NCBI GenBank assembly: GCA_965205865.1
Contig: CBDBHR010000025.1
Location: 1-64,000, forward strand
Reading direction: 5' to 3'
Length of the DNA: 64,000 nt
From: a bacterium
Lineage (GTDB): Bacteria; SAR324; NAC60-12
Under the pieces are notes generated by a model. That model did not search any database. It saw only the letters and a program-made list of their open reading frames with translations, and was not told where the DNA came from. Both the position numbers and the translations under genes were made by a program. This document shows, piece by piece, positions 1-10,647 of this stretch (position 1 is its first letter; every line of letters begins with the position of its first letter).

Positions 1-456
1 CAACAAAAAGGAGAAGGCTTCATCCACCATCTGGTGGGAGAATTCTATCGATATCAAGGTGATGAAAAAGCGGCTCAAGAAACTTACTTGGCCGGTTTAG
101 AAGTCTTTCCCCAGAACGTTTATCTAATCGTGGCCCTTAGCGCATCCTATTTGACGGAACAAAAATGGGAGCAGGCTTATGATGTCATTTTGGAGGCATT
201 GGAGCAGGAACATCCCTTGCAGACAGTTTTACTTGATCGCATGGTTTATATTGCGTATCAACTCGACAAACCCCAGGAAGCGCGACGTTATTTGCAACGC
301 TACAATCAAAACATCGATCCTATTCTTAAATCAAGCAACGTAGGTGTGGAAAAACGATTGCTTTTTCCAGTCGCCTCCCCGGTATTGGGTTATTCGATGT
401 GGACATCTCCTTCTTTGCCGGAACCCATTGATCCGACCCCAGTCCTTTCACAGTAA
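1..456 (+). CDS. TPR-like repeat protein, 3' part (begins before the window)
   Basis: Frame is open from the window edge; TPR-like helices (GEFYRYQGDEKAAQETYLAGLEVFPQN). Confidence 0.6.
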   Translation, partial: QQKGEGFIHHLVGEFYRYQGDEKAAQETYLAGLEVFPQNVYLIVALSASYLTEQKWEQAYDVILEALEQEHPLQTVLLDRMVYIAYQLDKPQEARRYLQRYNQNIDPILKSSNVGVEKRLLFPVASPVLGYSMWTSPSLPEPIDPTPVLSQ

Positions 457-701
457 CCGGAGATGCATCATCGAATCCAATTTTCGCTTTCAAATGAGAC
501 ACTGAGTAAAAAGGGAGTTCTATTTGTACTCAATCCCAAACCAGTCGTATGACAAAATTCAGACAACTTCTTTATCGTTCCAGCCCTTCTGATTCGGAAA
601 TGGCATTACTGCGTGGTGTGGTACCCCAAATCAAATGGGCCTTGCAAAATGCTGCTGAAAAAAGATGAAAAGAACAAAATACAAATCGGGTTGAGATCCG
701 C

Positions 702-1564
702 ATGCAGGATTCGAAAATAAGAAGAGTTTTGGGAATTTTACTTTTTGGGTTGCTGCTCATTGCCCTTTTGATTTGATCGCCGGTATTGAGGAAGTTCAAT
801 TCGAGTCGGGTTATTTTTTCCACCTATTCGATTTTCAATTGGCTTCGCGGATTCCTGGAGAAAACACTCGATTTTTCTTCAAATCCTCCCTTCTGATTAC
901 ATGTATTGTTTTAGTTATTTTGCTTATATTTCTGGCGGTCGTTCCCCGTGTTTGGAGAATCATTCTTAAAGCTGCCATACAATTGATTAGTTTTTATATC
1001 CTGATCAGTATATTAATCCACCGTCTCCACGAAATTTGGCATTCTTCCGATGGAACTTTACCCGCAAATGAAAATGCTTCAAAATCTCATATAAATTTGC
1101 CCCTGCCCGTCGAACCTTCGGATGCATTCGTTTACCTAATCAGTTTAATCCTGGTACTGGGATTGATAGCAGGAGTTGCCTGGCTATTTAAATTTCTCCG
1201 TACAAACACGGCGCCTTCTCCTCTCGAGGAGGTTTGCATCAAAGCTGAGGAAGCGCTGGAACAAGTTCGGTCCGGTATGGATCTAAAAAATGTCATCATC
1301 CGCTGCTATGCGGAAATGGGGGAAATTCTGGATCGATATCAACAAATCAAACGTGCTGCGATTATGACTCCGAGAGAATTTGAGACATTATTGTCCAACT
1401 ATGCGGTTCCGCAAGAACATGTCCGAAACCTGACTCATCTCTTCGAAAAAGTCCGTTATGGACGAAAGGAAGTGGGAAAAATCGAAGAAAAACAATGTAC
1501 CGCCTGTCTTGCCGCCCTCATTCAGTCATGCCGGAAAGCTCATGAAGAAACTCAATCATCGTGA
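702..1564 (+). CDS. DUF4129-domain membrane protein, apparent frameshift near 775
   Basis: C-terminal IIRCYAEM...TPREFE...LTHLFEKVRYG motif; upstream ATG at 702 encodes a hydrophobic MQDSKIRRVLGILLFGLLLIALLI* in another frame. Confidence 0.65.
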
Positions 1565-2294
1565 TCTATATTTATTAATTTTATCCGTCGGTTTATTTCT
1601 GATTGGAGGGGGTGTGGCGTTTTTTATCAAAGGCTGGGTCAAGGAAGTGTTCCTCCTTCCTGTCATCGACGCCTTATGGTGGTTGTACTTGATCGTGGAC
1701 AGTTTACCGCAACTTTTTTTGTGGTTTTTTTTTCTGGCTCTGGGGTCCCTTTTTGTGCTCATGATTATGGCTCGAAGCATCGTTGACGAGTTTGACCTAC
1801 CAAAAAACAGGAAAAAATTGACTCCAATTAATTATATGTCTGACATCACTTATCTGAGGAAAATCGACCCTTCCAATCCCTATCTCCAACAACGCCTCGC
1901 CAGGCATTTGGCAGAGATGTATTTTGAAGCCATTGGGATTCAGTCTCCTCGCGCTCCGCGAATGCGGGAGGAATTGTCGCAAAAAACTAATCAGTTGCCC
2001 CGAGAAGTAATGGAAGTATTTCAATTCGGTTTGCAAGGGAACCGCCGGTTTTACCTGGCTGAAGCCCGATGGTATTTTGCGCAACGTTTGACTTCTTATT
2101 TGAGATTAACCTGGCTGCAGATGCTCAGGATTTTTTTTTTGCGAATTCCAAGATCCAAACGAATGTTGAACTTTGATGCGCCAAATACCGAAGAGTATCG
2201 TACCCCTGAAGAAAATGAGATTCCTCCCCAGTCATTTTTCGAAAAAACCTTGTTTTTTATTGAACAGCAGTTATTCATGCACTGCAACAACTAA
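1542..2294 (+). CDS. Membrane protein, partner of the DUF4129 gene
   Basis: Overlaps the previous stop; two to three TM segments; likely start MKKLNHRD. Confidence 0.55.
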   Translation: MKKLNHRDLYLLILSVGLFLIGGGVAFFIKGWVKEVFLLPVIDALWWLYLIVDSLPQLFLWFFFLALGSLFVLMIMARSIVDEFDLPKNRKKLTPINYMSDITYLRKIDPSNPYLQQRLARHLAEMYFEAIGIQSPRAPRMREELSQKTNQLPREVMEVFQFGLQGNRRFYLAEARWYFAQRLTSYLRLTWLQMLRIFFLRIPRSKRMLNFDAPNTEEYRTPEENEIPPQSFFEKTLFFIEQQLFMHCNN

Positions 2295-2332
2295 TATTTT
2301 TTCCCCAAAATGAGTGGAGTCTTAAGGGTTTA

Positions 2333-2490
2333 GGAATGAAATTTAAATAAGTTAGAAGTATGGATACGCAAAATTAGGGGACACGTAACAGCAGGCATAA
2401 AACAGTAGAGCTGGGATGCGCAGCGGTGTACATGTCCCCCAATTTTGCTCACGCCATTGGAAGAATTACAGGTTATTTAAGGTTTGTTCC
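2333..2490 (+). mobile_element. 158-bp MITE, copy 1 (TTA duplication)
   Basis: GGAATGAAATTTAAATAA...TTATTTAAGGTTTGTTCC imperfect terminal IR, TTA on both sides; near-identical copies at 43923 and 47594. Confidence 0.85.
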
Positions 2491-2540
2491 TTAGTCAGGG
2501 GTGTTGCAGGAATTGTGGGAGCAAATTTCGATTTGCGATC

Positions 2541-4168
2541 TCAATCGAAGAAACGAATGGGAACGAACTCTTTCATATCAATATTGAGTAAGACAGGACC
2601 CTTTTCTTTTATGGCACGGGCCAATGAGGATTTGAATTTTTTGGAACTGCTCAGTTTTTCGGCCTTCACACCCATTCCTTTGGCAACCGTTACAAAGTCC
2701 GGAGTGCGCAAATCCACGTTGGTTGTCCTTCCTTCAAATCGATGGTTTTGCACGGCTCGCAGGATTCCATAGCCGCCGTCATTGAACAAACAAATGATGA
2801 TCGGCAACTGGTATTGTGCCGCAGTCGCCAGTTCCCCGATGTGGCACATAAACCCCCCGTCACCCTGAAGCAACAGAGTCTTTTTGCCATTGCCAAAAGC
2901 GGCACCTATAGCCATTGGCAGTCCAGGACCGATGGCGGCTGAGGTTGCGCTTGCTTGGGAATAAGGTTGCAGGATTGGTAATAGATGACCCCAAGCGTAA
3001 GCAGGGACGGTCGTGTCGCGAACGATGTTACTTTCTTCTGGCAATAAATCCCAAATCCCGTCCAGGATCCTTTCTTGATCCGGCCCAATTCTCAAACGAA
3101 TTTCTTTGTGCTGGCGCTCCCGAGCCTTGCGGACTTTGGTATTGAATCGGGTTGAATTGCGTGTCGCGTTGATCGCCTTGGTCAAAGCCATTAGTCCTTC
3201 ACGAGCATCGCAGTTGAGTGTTACATCCGGCTGATAATTTCGTCCCAACACACCGGGATCAATATCAATATGAATCAGTTTTCCTGGTATATCCATGCGC
3301 CAATTGAAAGTTGCTGACCCTTGAAAGCGCGTGCCGACCGCTAATACGACATCTGCTTGCTGGAATGCTTTCCGCACCGGACCAATACCCAAGGGATAAC
3401 CTGTCATAACGCCTGCGGACAACGTGTGATTCTCTGAAATGGCACCTCTCCCATTCACTGTTGTGAATACTGGCGCCTGCAACATTTCCACAAAGTTTTG
3501 CAGGGCTCCATGCGCCCCGGAAGAATGAATCCCGCCACCTGCAAGGATTACTCGCTTTTTGGAATCAGCGAGCAGAGAAACGGCCTCCTGTATCACCTTA
3601 TCTCCAGGAACAATTGGAGGCTTTAGCGAAAAATGTGGAATCTCACAATCGAATTTCTGAAATTGCAGGTCTATGGAGACCTCAACTGCAACTGGTTGAG
3701 GACGACCTTGTAGGGCATCAGCAGCCGCAAGAAAGATCGAATCGACGATATTTTGTACACTACGAGGGCTTTCGATGCGGCGAGTTACCGAGCGCAGCAT
3801 GTAACTTGATTATCTGCTTCGTGCAGAAACCCTTTGCTCTTTCCATAAAATAGAGTGTCGATTTGACCTGTAATCAACAGTACGGGAGAGGAAGCAAACC
3901 CTGCTTCGAAAAGACCCGGAATCGTATTTGCGGCGCCAGGTCCGGTGCTGGCAATGGCGACTCCCAGCTTTCCGGTCGTTCGCGCATAAGCGTCGGCCAT
4001 ATGTACAGCCGCTTGCTCATGGCGCGCATCAATCGCCCGGATGCCTCCATGACGTTTGAACGCATCATAGATAGGAATATTGTGTATACTGATAATCCCG
4101 AACACGTGCCCGACATTCAGCGAGCGCAGTGCGTAATAGATGGCATCCGCGCCGGTCATCATAGTCAT
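2541..4168 (-). pseudogene. Thiamine-pyrophosphate-binding enzyme (acetolactate synthase-like), frameshift near 3797
   Basis: N-part RHEQAAVHMADAYAR/TGPG (3785..4168) and C-part GDGG...NDGGYG (2541..3800) lie in different frames. Confidence 0.85.
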
Positions 4169-4384
4169 TTTTTTTCTCGAATTAAAAATGATTTTAAGAT
4201 TTGTTCCAATCTGAATAAGCCTATTAAACTAGCTGAAGTTTGTCAAACGGAGAAGTCTGAATTTGTTCGATTTCCTGGAATGGTTTTGCATGAATCAAAT
4301 CTTAAAATGCAGGGAACTCAGGGAAGTTATAACCCCGTTGCGCAGTGTCGAAATAGAGGAAAGAATGAAACACGGAATAGAGTT

Positions 4385-4801
4385 TCAGGAAAAGTGATAA
4401 AGCATAAGGTACACAACAATGCCGGAAACGGAAACATAGAGCCAGATGGGATAGGTCCACTTCACCAGTGCACGATGGGCTTGGCGTTGATTTTTCAATG
4501 CTTTATAAATTGCAAGGAGAATCAAGGGAAGTTGGATGGCAGCCAGCAGGATGTGGGGAACCAGCATCATAAAATAAAAAATGCGTACCAAGCCGGTTCC
4601 CTGAAATGGTACGGAACCAACCTGGGAATGATAAATCAGATAACTGGCCAAAAATAAAGTCGAGACTCCAAAAGCCGCGCACATGAGAAACTTATGGCAG
4701 GATTCCTTACCGGATTTGATGGCCCAAAACCCCAGCAGAAGCAGAGCGATCGTGATTCCATTGAAGTAGGCATTGAAGGTGGGTAGGTCAGTGAGGCTCA
4801 T
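4385..4801 (-). CDS. DUF420 family membrane protein (CtaM-like oxidase assembly factor)
   Basis: LPTFNA...FLASYLIYH...PIWLYVSVSG motifs; last gene of the cox operon. Confidence 0.85.
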   Translation of the reverse strand: MSLTDLPTFNAYFNGITIALLLLGFWAIKSGKESCHKFLMCAAFGVSTLFLASYLIYHSQVGSVPFQGTGLVRIFYFMMLVPHILLAAIQLPLILLAIYKALKNQRQAHRALVKWTYPIWLYVSVSGIVVYLMLYHFS

Positions 4802-5705
4802 GGACCGATTTGGCAAAAGAAAAACTCAACAATCCAAAAATAGTCGCTGCAAGGGTAGTATGAAAGAGGGAGACAGGAACTGGTATGTAGTAAACCGCGT
4901 TGGCAATGCCAACCAATATTTCAGTTGCCAGTAAGATCCAAATTGCATAGGCAATCGTACGATAAGTTCGATTGTGATGGCGGAAAAGCACATACCAGCC
5001 TAAAAAAGCCAGTCCTGAGGATCCCAGGATGGCAATCAAGCGATGCGACATATGGATCCATTCGTTGAGAAATTGAGGAAGGAATGTCCCTGTTGATTGC
5101 GTTTCTTCACCGACATGGAATGAGAACATGCTGCCTGCTTGACATCCGGGAAACGCAGAGCAAGCATAACCTGAATAAGTGCTGCTGTTGATTCCGCCGG
5201 AAATGAGGATAACCGAGAAAAGCAGTAGCATGCCTCCTTGCATTTTGCTGAAATGCGACAATGGCGAAAAGGCGTGGGTTTGAGGTGCTCGATTGGCGCT
5301 GTAGAGAGTATAGGTAAGATAAATGAGCAAACCAAACAGAATATTTCCTCCTAACAGGTGAAGAACTACGGTGGTTGGCGAGAGATGCATAATTACGGTC
5401 AAACCTCCCAGAATTCCCTGTATGCATACCAGCAAGAAGCAAAGGAAGGAAAGCCTGCGGTATTTTTTATATTGGGGTCGGAAGGACATAACCAATAGAG
5501 TCAGAATGAAAAGACCCAGACAACTCGCCAACAAACGGTGTCCCACTTCCAGCATTATTTTGAATTCATAAGGTGGAATGATTTTTCCGTAGCATAAAGG
5601 CCAGTCCGGGCAAGCAAGACCTGCTCCTTCAAGACGGACTAGAGTACCAAAGGAAATCAGGGGCCATGTCAAAAGAGTCGAAATCAATGCGATCTGTTTG
5701 AACAT
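4788..5705 (-). CDS. ctaA: Heme A synthase
   Basis: AGLACPDWPLCYG, EVGHR and HMSHR motifs. Confidence 0.9.
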   Translation of the reverse strand: MFKQIALISTLLTWPLISFGTLVRLEGAGLACPDWPLCYGKIIPPYEFKIMLEVGHRLLASCLGLFILTLLVMSFRPQYKKYRRLSFLCFLLVCIQGILGGLTVIMHLSPTTVVLHLLGGNILFGLLIYLTYTLYSANRAPQTHAFSPLSHFSKMQGGMLLLFSVILISGGINSSTYSGYACSAFPGCQAGSMFSFHVGEETQSTGTFLPQFLNEWIHMSHRLIAILGSSGLAFLGWYVLFRHHNRTYRTIAYAIWILLATEILVGIANAVYYIPVPVSLFHTTLAATIFGLLSFSFAKSVHEPH

Positions 5706-5778
5706 GAAAACAATTGGAGTGAAAGTAGGTTGGGGATGAGTCCGGCTGAGAGATGCCTTTGCAGAAGAGGAAAAGAGT

Positions 5779-6093
5779 TTAATCCATAGGAGTTGATTGC
5801 CGTCCGGAAGAGACAAATTTATGTCCCGGAAGGTGGTCTTCCTGACAGTCATTATTCCGATATCGTCGGTAGATCCAAAGAGAGAAGGCGGTGATCATTC
5901 CCAAGGGAAGTAAGCTCAACCCAATTGCAGTTCCCAGATAAGCCGCAGTTGTTCCTTCTTTACCGACAAAACACACCGGACAAGCATAAAGTGGGTATGG
6001 AAAATTAATGAACAGGAATGTCAGGAAAACCCGGAATGGTCTGCTTTTAATGAATGAATTCTTGACAAGAGTAATCAATAGTATTCTTTTCAT
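5779..6093 (-). CDS. Small signal-peptide/CxxC (ACPVC) membrane protein in the cox operon
   Basis: ATG overlaps the upstream TGA; hydrophobic segment, ACPVCF, then one TM helix. Confidence 0.6.
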   Translation of the reverse strand: MKRILLITLVKNSFIKSRPFRVFLTFLFINFPYPLYACPVCFVGKEGTTAAYLGTAIGLSLLPLGMITAFSLWIYRRYRNNDCQEDHLPGHKFVSSGRQSTPMD

Positions 6094-6698
6094 ACCAAAT
6101 AAACGGTGATGTACAAAACCGGCCAAACACCCACGACAAAATACCAAAAAATCTGAGGAACCACAAATTCTGTCCTGGTGAGAGGCGGAGTCCGTAAGGG
6201 AGCCAGTTTGGAATAGGCGCGGAATAGAATCAAAAGAGCGATGATCGCATGTAGCGCATGGGTACCGATGACGAGATAAAACAAGCTACCATATGTACTG
6301 GAAGTGATGGTAAGGCCGAATGAGATCAATTGTAACCATTCATAACCCTGGAACAAAACAAAAAAAGTACCCAGCAAAATAGAGACACCGAGCAGCTTTC
6401 TCACTTTGCGCAGGTAGGAATTCGGTTGCACGAATGCTTTGTAAGCCTGAAAGAGAACCCATCCGCTGAGTAGCAAGACGACGGAATTGAAAGCCGTCGC
6501 GGCAACCGGAAGACGAGGCTGACCCCAAGGAGGCCATTCCGGGGTGCCTGCGCGGAGCACCAGATAAGCGCTGATCAACGCTGCAAAAAACATGACTTCT
6601 GTTATCACAAAGATGAGCATCCCCAAGACCCCGTTGGCGATGGGAGCTTTTCTTCGATTATGGCGTTGAGCTGGATCGAAATTGGCAGTAACAAGCAT
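6090..6698 (-). CDS. Cytochrome c oxidase subunit III family protein (second copy)
   Basis: TEVMFFAALISAY, QGYEW, GTHALH, FWYFVVGVW. Confidence 0.9.
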   Translation of the reverse strand: MLVTANFDPAQRHNRRKAPIANGVLGMLIFVITEVMFFAALISAYLVLRAGTPEWPPWGQPRLPVAATAFNSVVLLLSGWVLFQAYKAFVQPNSYLRKVRKLLGVSILLGTFFVLFQGYEWLQLISFGLTITSSTYGSLFYLVIGTHALHAIIALLILFRAYSKLAPLRTPPLTRTEFVVPQIFWYFVVGVWPVLYITVYLV

Positions 6699-6703
6699 TG
6701 GCT

Positions 6704-7081
6704 TTATCTAATTATTCCATAGTTTGTAGAATCTTTGGCAGCATCCCCGGTCATAGTGCAGCTTTGGTCAATTATACAATCTTTCCATAGCGTTCCATCT
6801 CCTTTCATGATGTCTGGCGCCACTCCGAAATAAAAAATTCCAATAAATGCCAGAGAAATAATCAGCAGATACCAAATGAAACGTTTTTCCACGTTCAAAT
6901 GCATGAAATAAGCAGCCACCATCAATGCTTTCACCACCGCAATACCAAATGCCGTGACCAGCGTTACTGCCTGAATACCTAAGGTGGGACCCGCAATACT
7001 GATTGCCAGCAAAACCAACAGGATTCCCCAAATTTTTACATATCGTTTTTCGTGATTATCGTGGGCTGCGTCGTGAGCCAT
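6704..7081 (-). CDS. coxD: Cytochrome c oxidase subunit IV family protein
   Basis: AVVKALMVAAYFMHL motif. Confidence 0.85.
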   Translation of the reverse strand: MAHDAAHDNHEKRYVKIWGILLVLLAISIAGPTLGIQAVTLVTAFGIAVVKALMVAAYFMHLNVEKRFIWYLLIISLAFIGIFYFGVAPDIMKGDGTLWKDCIIDQSCTMTGDAAKDSTNYGIIR

Positions 7082-7097
7082 GCTTTGCTCCTGGAAA

Positions 7098-7676
7098 CTA
7101 TTTTGCAATATAAAGAAGTGGAAAGAGAAAAATCCAGACAATGTCCACAAAGTGCCAATAGATGCCGATCAACTCCACTCGATTCAGATGCATAGACTTT
7201 TTCACGTCCATGGAGATGATGCCCATAATGACCATACCTGCAATCACATGGCAGGCGTGGAGTCCGGTAGCGGTGTAGTAGAATCCCCAGAAAGGGTTGG
7301 AAGTGAGGACGAAACCGTGTAATATTTCAGTCGTATACTCATAGGTTTTGACGAGCATAAAAATTCCACCGCATGCAATTGTCAGCCAAATGAATTTGAA
7401 TGCGCGATCGATTTCTTTACGCTCCACGGCGGAGTGAGCTATAACGATAAAAAGACTGGAAGTGAGCAATACAAACGTATTGAGTGCCCCGGCCGGGGTG
7501 CTGGTGTTGGCCGCATAGTCTCCCCAGGCATCATGTTTCAAGCGAAAAAGTAAATAACACGCAATCAATCCCCCGAAGATGAAAACTTCGGAAGCCAATA
7601 CCCACCAGACAGCCAATCTACCGGTTGGAATTCCTGTTACACTTCTTGTTGTGGCTACGGGTGCGTGAAACGCCAT
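7098..7676 (-). CDS. coxC: Cytochrome c oxidase subunit III
   Basis: SEVFIFGG, NTFVLLTSS, TGLHACHV, YWHFVDIVW. Confidence 0.9.
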   Translation of the reverse strand: MAFHAPVATTRSVTGIPTGRLAVWWVLASEVFIFGGLIACYLLFRLKHDAWGDYAANTSTPAGALNTFVLLTSSLFIVIAHSAVERKEIDRAFKFIWLTIACGGIFMLVKTYEYTTEILHGFVLTSNPFWGFYYTATGLHACHVIAGMVIMGIISMDVKKSMHLNRVELIGIYWHFVDIVWIFLFPLLYIAK

Positions 7677-7714
7677 AAAAAACTCTCCTGTAAACAATTC
7701 ACATTAAAAATTAA

Positions 7715-8852
7715 CGGAATGATAGACATTAAGGCTTAAGCGATTAATGGTAAGTTAGGTCTCTTTCCTTGACTAATAGCATATTCCTTTCTGCAATCCG
7801 CTCATTTGTAACGTCGTGAGGTTTAACGATCTCACGGCGTTTATTTTTTGTCAATATCAACCCCCCAGGCAAAGTTTCAAGGTATCGGTGAACATGTTTT
7901 CATTGCGTCTATGGTTGTATTTGAAGCATGATTCGCCGATATAAAGATGCGCATACCGACGACTATACCAGTGATGTTGGCCATACCATGCGCGTTTTAA
8001 AAGACTCCAAAAACTCTCAATCGTGTTTGTGTGGATATTCCCGTCTACGAATTGCTTTTCATGATCAACAGAATAATGAAATATTTCATCTTTCATTGCT
8101 CGGTACCCTGAATATTGATCCGTCATCAAAACAGCCTTCGCCAGGTCAACGTGCTCCTTCAGCATCTCTTTGAAATTCTTGTTCGATAAGGACTTGTCAT
8201 CAAAGAGCTCTGCCGCAACTCCCCCCTTACGCTCCGCAATACCTACAACAGGAAGCTTTTTTGTTCCCCTACCACGCTTGTTGTCATCATCCCTGTCTTC
8301 CTTCTTGTTCTCCTTCCTGGGCTTTCCTCCGACATAGGTTTCATCCATCTCGACGATTCCTTTGAATAGACGTTGTTGCTCGCCATCTTTTCCCATGGCT
8401 TCCCGGATTCGTTTCCCGAATGACCAGGCAGTTTTGACACTCAAATCCAAGTCTCTTCCGAGTTGACGGTTTGAAATTGATTTCTTGGCATTCAAAACGA
8501 GAACGATCCCCAGGAACCATTTTCTCAAGGAAAGTTTGCTGTTATGGAAGATCGTATTGACGGTTGCCGAAAAAGAACGATGGCAGGATTGACATTGAAG
8601 CCGGCTTCTTTGGTTCTTTTCTTTGTGTCTCGACACCTTCTGGGAATGACAGTAGGGACACTCTGGTTTATCGCTCCATCGTAGATTTTCAAGATGCTTC
8701 AGTGCTTCTTCTTCTGTTGGGAATTTATTGATTATTTCCATGAGACTTGTGCTTTTCATTTTCAATCTCCTCTGATAGATTCTTGTTTAATTCATTTGAA
8801 TCTATCATAGCAGATTCCAAGTATATGCCAAGCCTTTTTGTCTATCATTCCG
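7715..8852 (-). mobile_element. IS1595-family insertion sequence, complete
   Basis: IRs CGGAATGATAGACA / TGTCTATCATTCCG; 8-bp duplication AAAATTAA at 7707-7714 and 8853-8860. Confidence 0.95.
7857..8765 (-). CDS. IS1595-family transposase
   Basis: CPYC...CQSC zinc ribbon; VEMDETYVGG, MTD, HTNTIESFWS. Confidence 0.95.
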   Translation of the reverse strand: MKMKSTSLMEIINKFPTEEEALKHLENLRWSDKPECPYCHSQKVSRHKEKNQRSRLQCQSCHRSFSATVNTIFHNSKLSLRKWFLGIVLVLNAKKSISNRQLGRDLDLSVKTAWSFGKRIREAMGKDGEQQRLFKGIVEMDETYVGGKPRKENKKEDRDDDNKRGRGTKKLPVVGIAERKGGVAAELFDDKSLSNKNFKEMLKEHVDLAKAVLMTDQYSGYRAMKDEIFHYSVDHEKQFVDGNIHTNTIESFWSLLKRAWYGQHHWYSRRYAHLYIGESCFKYNHRRNENMFTDTLKLCLGG

Positions 8853-8860
8853 AAAATTAA

Positions 8861-10573
8861 TCAAGTGGGAACGTTTTGAGGCCAATAGTCCTCCTCACGT
8901 CCTTCCACGCTGTATTCATATGGGCCGCGAAAAACCTGGATTTTGTCGAGTTCCACAAAATTGCCATGAGGAGCGGGAGAGTCTGCAACCCATTCCAAAC
9001 TATTGGCTTTCCAGGGATTTTTCGGTGCCTTCTTTCCTTTATAGAGGCTGTAGACGAAATTATAAATAAACACGAATTGGAAGAGTAGCATGATGACCAA
9101 ACTGACAGTGGCGAAAATCCGTGTATCCTGCATACCTTCTGTGGCTAAATCCGGAAAATTGTTGAAATTGTAGATACGGCGGTGCTGACCGGCCATCCCC
9201 AGGAAAAAGAGGGGAATAAAGATGCAGTTGAAGGGAATGATGGTACCCCAAAAATGGATCTTGCCCAGAGTATCGTTCATCATTCGACCAAACATCTTTG
9301 GAAACCAGTAAGTGACTGCGGCATAGACGCCAATGATGGCAATGGGAAAGAAGGTGTAATGGAAGTGGGCCAACACAAAGTAGGTATCATGGAGATACAC
9401 ATCCAAGGCGCTTGCTCCCAAATAAATTCCAGTCACGCCTCCCAATAAAAATTCCACAACAAATGATATGGCCCAAAGCATGGGTGTGTTGAGTTCAATA
9501 GATCCCCCATAGAGCGTGGCGATGTAGCAAAACATGATTTCCGCGATCGGAATCGAAATCAGCAAGGTTGTCACTGCAAAAATATTACCCATCCTCGGAT
9601 CAATCCCCGCGATAAACTGGTGGTGCGCCCAGACGGTGAAGGACAACACTCCTGTGGCGAAAGTCGTATAGAGAATCGTCCTGTAACCGAATAGTTTTTT
9701 CCTGGAAAAAGTAGTGAGTACTTCAGCCACTACTCCCAATGCCGGTAACAGCACAACGTAAACTTCGGGATGTCCAAAAAACCAGAAAAGATGTTGCCAT
9801 AAAACGGGATCACCTCCTCCGGCGGGTAGGAAAAAGCTGGTCCCAATGCGTTGGTCCATGAAAAGCATCACTGCGCCCGCAATCAAGGGACCCACCGAAG
9901 CCATAAATAAAATAACGGCAATGTCAATCATCCAGATGACCATCGGCATGTCCATCATTTTCATGCCGGCCGCTCGGGAATTCATGGTAGTGGTCAAAAA
10001 ATTAATCCCTCCCAGAAGAAATGCCGCAAATTCCAGAGCAACTGCCAAGAGCCACAAAGAGGCTCCCCAATCAGTATGATTGTAATTGCCACTGGCAGAA
10101 AGAGGTGGATAGGCGGTCCAAGCTCCTCCGAATCCTCCACCTGGAACAAAAAAGGAAATGATGAGCACGATGGTGCTGAGTAGAAAAATTTGGTAAGAAA
10201 GCCTGTTCAAACGAGGAAACACCATATCGTCACAACCAATCATCAGCGGAATCAGAAAATTCCCCAATGTTGCAATGAGGACCGGCATGGCCACCCAAAA
10301 AATCATGATCGTGCCATGATTGGTGATCAGCATGTTGTACTCTCCCGAATTCATACTTCCAAAAAATGGAATGGATTCGCCGGGAAAGGCCAGTTGCATA
10401 CGAAAGGCGTAAGCAAAAAAACCACCGATTATGGCCATGAACATCCCGGTAAACATGTACTGAAAACCAATGATTTTATGATCTGTGGAAAAAACATATT
10501 TACTCCAAAAATCCATCTCCTCATGGGCAGCGTGTTCTGCCACATGACTTGCATCGATTCCGGTGTCACTCAT
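8861..10573 (-). CDS. coxA: Cytochrome c oxidase subunit I (A1-type)
   Basis: FWFFGHPEVY, VWAHH, HFHY motifs. Confidence 0.97.
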   Translation of the reverse strand: MSDTGIDASHVAEHAAHEEMDFWSKYVFSTDHKIIGFQYMFTGMFMAIIGGFFAYAFRMQLAFPGESIPFFGSMNSGEYNMLITNHGTIMIFWVAMPVLIATLGNFLIPLMIGCDDMVFPRLNRLSYQIFLLSTIVLIISFFVPGGGFGGAWTAYPPLSASGNYNHTDWGASLWLLAVALEFAAFLLGGINFLTTTMNSRAAGMKMMDMPMVIWMIDIAVILFMASVGPLIAGAVMLFMDQRIGTSFFLPAGGGDPVLWQHLFWFFGHPEVYVVLLPALGVVAEVLTTFSRKKLFGYRTILYTTFATGVLSFTVWAHHQFIAGIDPRMGNIFAVTTLLISIPIAEIMFCYIATLYGGSIELNTPMLWAISFVVEFLLGGVTGIYLGASALDVYLHDTYFVLAHFHYTFFPIAIIGVYAAVTYWFPKMFGRMMNDTLGKIHFWGTIIPFNCIFIPLFFLGMAGQHRRIYNFNNFPDLATEGMQDTRIFATVSLVIMLLFQFVFIYNFVYSLYKGKKAPKNPWKANSLEWVADSPAPHGNFVELDKIQVFRGPYEYSVEGREEDYWPQNVPT

Positions 10574-10647
10574 CGTTTCTCTCCTTCCGGGTTTCAATTG
10601 AGGGTCAGGAATGACCCGTTATTTTTACATTCAGAGACTGTTGCTAT

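Noticed and set aside
3785-3800. Programmed frameshifting in the split genes
   Set aside because: No consistent slippery site or stimulator across the shifts (775, 3797, 13529, 17875, 30660); decay or sequencing indels are more likely and cannot be separated without reads
3863-4657. 264-aa plus-strand ORF
   Set aside because: Overlaps two well-supported minus-strand genes
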